Shown here: positions 62,692 to 64,000 of the stretch, in pieces
Numbering within the stretch: position 1 is the stretch's first letter
How the letters are laid out: each line of letters begins with the position of its first letter
Notes under the pieces: model-generated
What the model was told of the DNA's origin: nothing
The model's database searches: none
Seen by the model: the letters and a program-made list of their open reading frames with translations, nothing else
Virus genome (UHGV): UHGV-0140522
Direction: 5' to 3' (one strand)
Length of the DNA stretch: 64,000 nucleotides
DNA from: a virus
Program-made: the position numbers and the translations under genes

Positions 62692-63747
62692 ATGAGCGAA
62701 AACGGCAATAAAAACATAGCGATCGTTGAAGCATTCTCAGAAACAGACAAAAAGACAGGCGAAGTTGTTACGTTAGTTCCTAACACCAACAACACAGTTC
62801 AGCCCGTTGCTCTGATGCGTCTTGGTCTCTTCGTTCCAACGCTGAAATCGACCGCCAGGGGCAGAAAGGGGCAAATGGTCTCTATGGACGCCTCTGCTGA
62901 ACTCAAACAGCTGTCTCTGGCCAAAGCTGAAGGGTACGAGGACATAAGGATCTCCGGTGTTCGTCTGGATATGGATAACGACTTCAAAACGTGGGTTGGC
63001 ATCATCCACGCGTTCGCTAAGCACAAGGTTGTTGGCGACACTGTCACGTTACCGTTCGTCGAGTTCGTCAGGCTCTGTGGTATACCAACGGCCAGATCGT
63101 CAGCGAAGTTACGTAAGCGCCTGGACAGTTCTCTAACTCGTATCGCCACAAACACGATCTCATTCCGCAGTAAAGGCTCTGATGAGTATTACGTGACGCA
63201 CCTTGTGCAGACAGCAAAGTACAGCACCAAGAACGACACGGTCTCTCTGCAGGCTGATCCTAAGATTTTCGAACTCTACCAGTTCGACAAAAAGGTTCTT
63301 CTGCAACTCCGGGCAATCAACGAACTCTCCAGAAAAGAATCCGCGCAGGCGCTCTACACCTTCATCGAAAGTTTGCCTCCTGACCCGGCACCAATCTCGT
63401 TGGCTCGCTTACGCGCCAGACTTAACTTAACCAGCCGCACCATCACCCAGAACGCGACAGTCAGGAAGGCGATGGAGCAGCTGCGGGAGATCGGCTATCT
63501 CGATTACACCGAAGTGAAGCGCGGCAGCTCGGTCTACTTCATCATCCACTATAGGCGGCCGAAATTACGCCCAGCACTGCCACCAACTAAAGCTGCGCCT
63601 GAAGAACCAGAAGACATCTTGCCTGGTGATGATCAGGAGGACATTATCGATGTTGTTCCTGAAGAAAAAGAGGGTGAGATGGTCATGTTGAGCAAGGAAG
63701 AACTGGCGATTCTCGAAGAGCTGCGCAAGGCAAAGGCTCGCAAATAG
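62692..63747 (+). CDS. repA: replication initiator RepA (P1 / RepFIB family)
   Basis: N-terminal [27 protein letters not shown] and [25 protein letters not shown] blocks match P1/RepFIB RepA as I recall them; flanked by iterons. Confidence 0.8.
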   Translation: MSENGNKNIAIVEAFSETDKKTGEVVTLVPNTNNTVQPVALMRLGLFVPTLKSTARGRKGQMVSMDASAELKQLSLAKAEGYEDIRISGVRLDMDNDFKTWVGIIHAFAKHKVVGDTVTLPFVEFVRLCGIPTARSSAKLRKRLDSSLTRIATNTISFRSKGSDEYYVTHLVQTAKYSTKNDTVSLQADPKIFELYQFDKKVLLQLRAINELSRKESAQALYTFIESLPPDPAPISLARLRARLNLTSRTITQNATVRKAMEQLREIGYLDYTEVKRGSSVYFIIHYRRPKLRPALPPTKAAPEEPEDILPGDDQEDIIDVVPEEKEGEMVMLSKEELAILEELRKAKARK

Positions 63748-63980
63748 CCCAACCACTGTAGAGAGTAGAAAGGCTCACTATCCGCTGTAGTGAGCCTTTT
63801 GTTTATCTGAAATCCGCTAACCACTGTAGTGAGTAACAACTACCGAATAGTAACCACTGTAGGCAGTAGCGCTCAAATAACGAAATAAATGTTAGTGGTT
63901 ACAAACCTAGATGAAACAAGGGCTGCGAGGTTAGTGGTCACTGGGTGACTTGTTAAATCCACTCTCTATAGTGGTTATCG
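63748..63980. repeat. iteron array 3 downstream of repA (copies in both orientations) including the repA terminator hairpin
   Basis: CCAACCACTGTAGAGAGTAG, TAACCACTGTAGTGAGTAAC, TAACCACTGTAGGCAGTAGC; inverted copies GTTAGTGGTTAC, GGTTAGTGGTCAC, CTATAGTGGTTATCG; hairpin AGGCTCACTATCCGCTGTAGTGAGCCTTTT at 63770-63801. Confidence 0.65.
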
Positions 63981-64000
63981 TTGCTCCCTTCGCTATTGGC

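Noticed and set aside
1-64000. Integrase, excisionase or attachment site, considered as evidence for an integrated prophage
   Set aside because: No tyrosine or serine recombinase motifs were found in any frame. The presence of repA and iterons points instead to plasmid-type maintenance.

Overview
The window reads as one contiguous stretch of a temperate siphovirus-type phage-plasmid of the pHCM2/SSU5/pMT1 kind; I recognise that class from memory and have not searched anything. Nearly all genes are on the minus strand. Coordinates 1-20.7 kb hold a lambda-ordered morphogenesis module: terS, terL, portal, scaffold, capsid, Ig-like decoration, FII/Z/U/V-like, G/G-T chaperones with an apparent -1 frameshift, a 1534-aa tape measure, then M, L, K, I and a J-like fibre that runs off the window start. 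A tight five-gene operon follows (two ParB/Srx-domain proteins, a compact ABC ATPase, a small ORF, a GNAT-like protein), divergent from an SF2 helicase. Next is about 14 kb of small early genes (acidic DNA-mimic-like proteins, membrane proteins, an orphan N6-adenine methyltransferase fusion) that share a conserved promoter-proximal operator motif (about 12 copies), interrupted by two repeat-dense non-coding stretches. A roughly 5-kb cargo island (coordinates 40.2-45.3 kb) holds a gene for a 200-aa membrane-anchored protein of unknown function, a nepI-like MFS pump, a secreted alpha/beta hydrolase and a LysR regulator. The right side is a nucleotide-metabolism and recombination module (dam, DnaQ-like exonuclease, kinase, dhfr, thyA, nrdAB nearly identical in places to E. 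coli, RuvC-like, gp46/47-type SbcCD), ending in a P1/RepFIB-type repA flanked by iteron arrays and GATC clusters. A second family of AT-rich palindromes (core GGTAAGTACTTACC) marks gene boundaries throughout, and a roughly 130-bp promoter-like block containing a 20-bp-arm palindrome occurs twice. Three of the findings are candidate novel systems: the ParB-ABC operon, the palindrome-delimited cargo island with its membrane-anchored 200-aa protein, and a non-coding early RNA.
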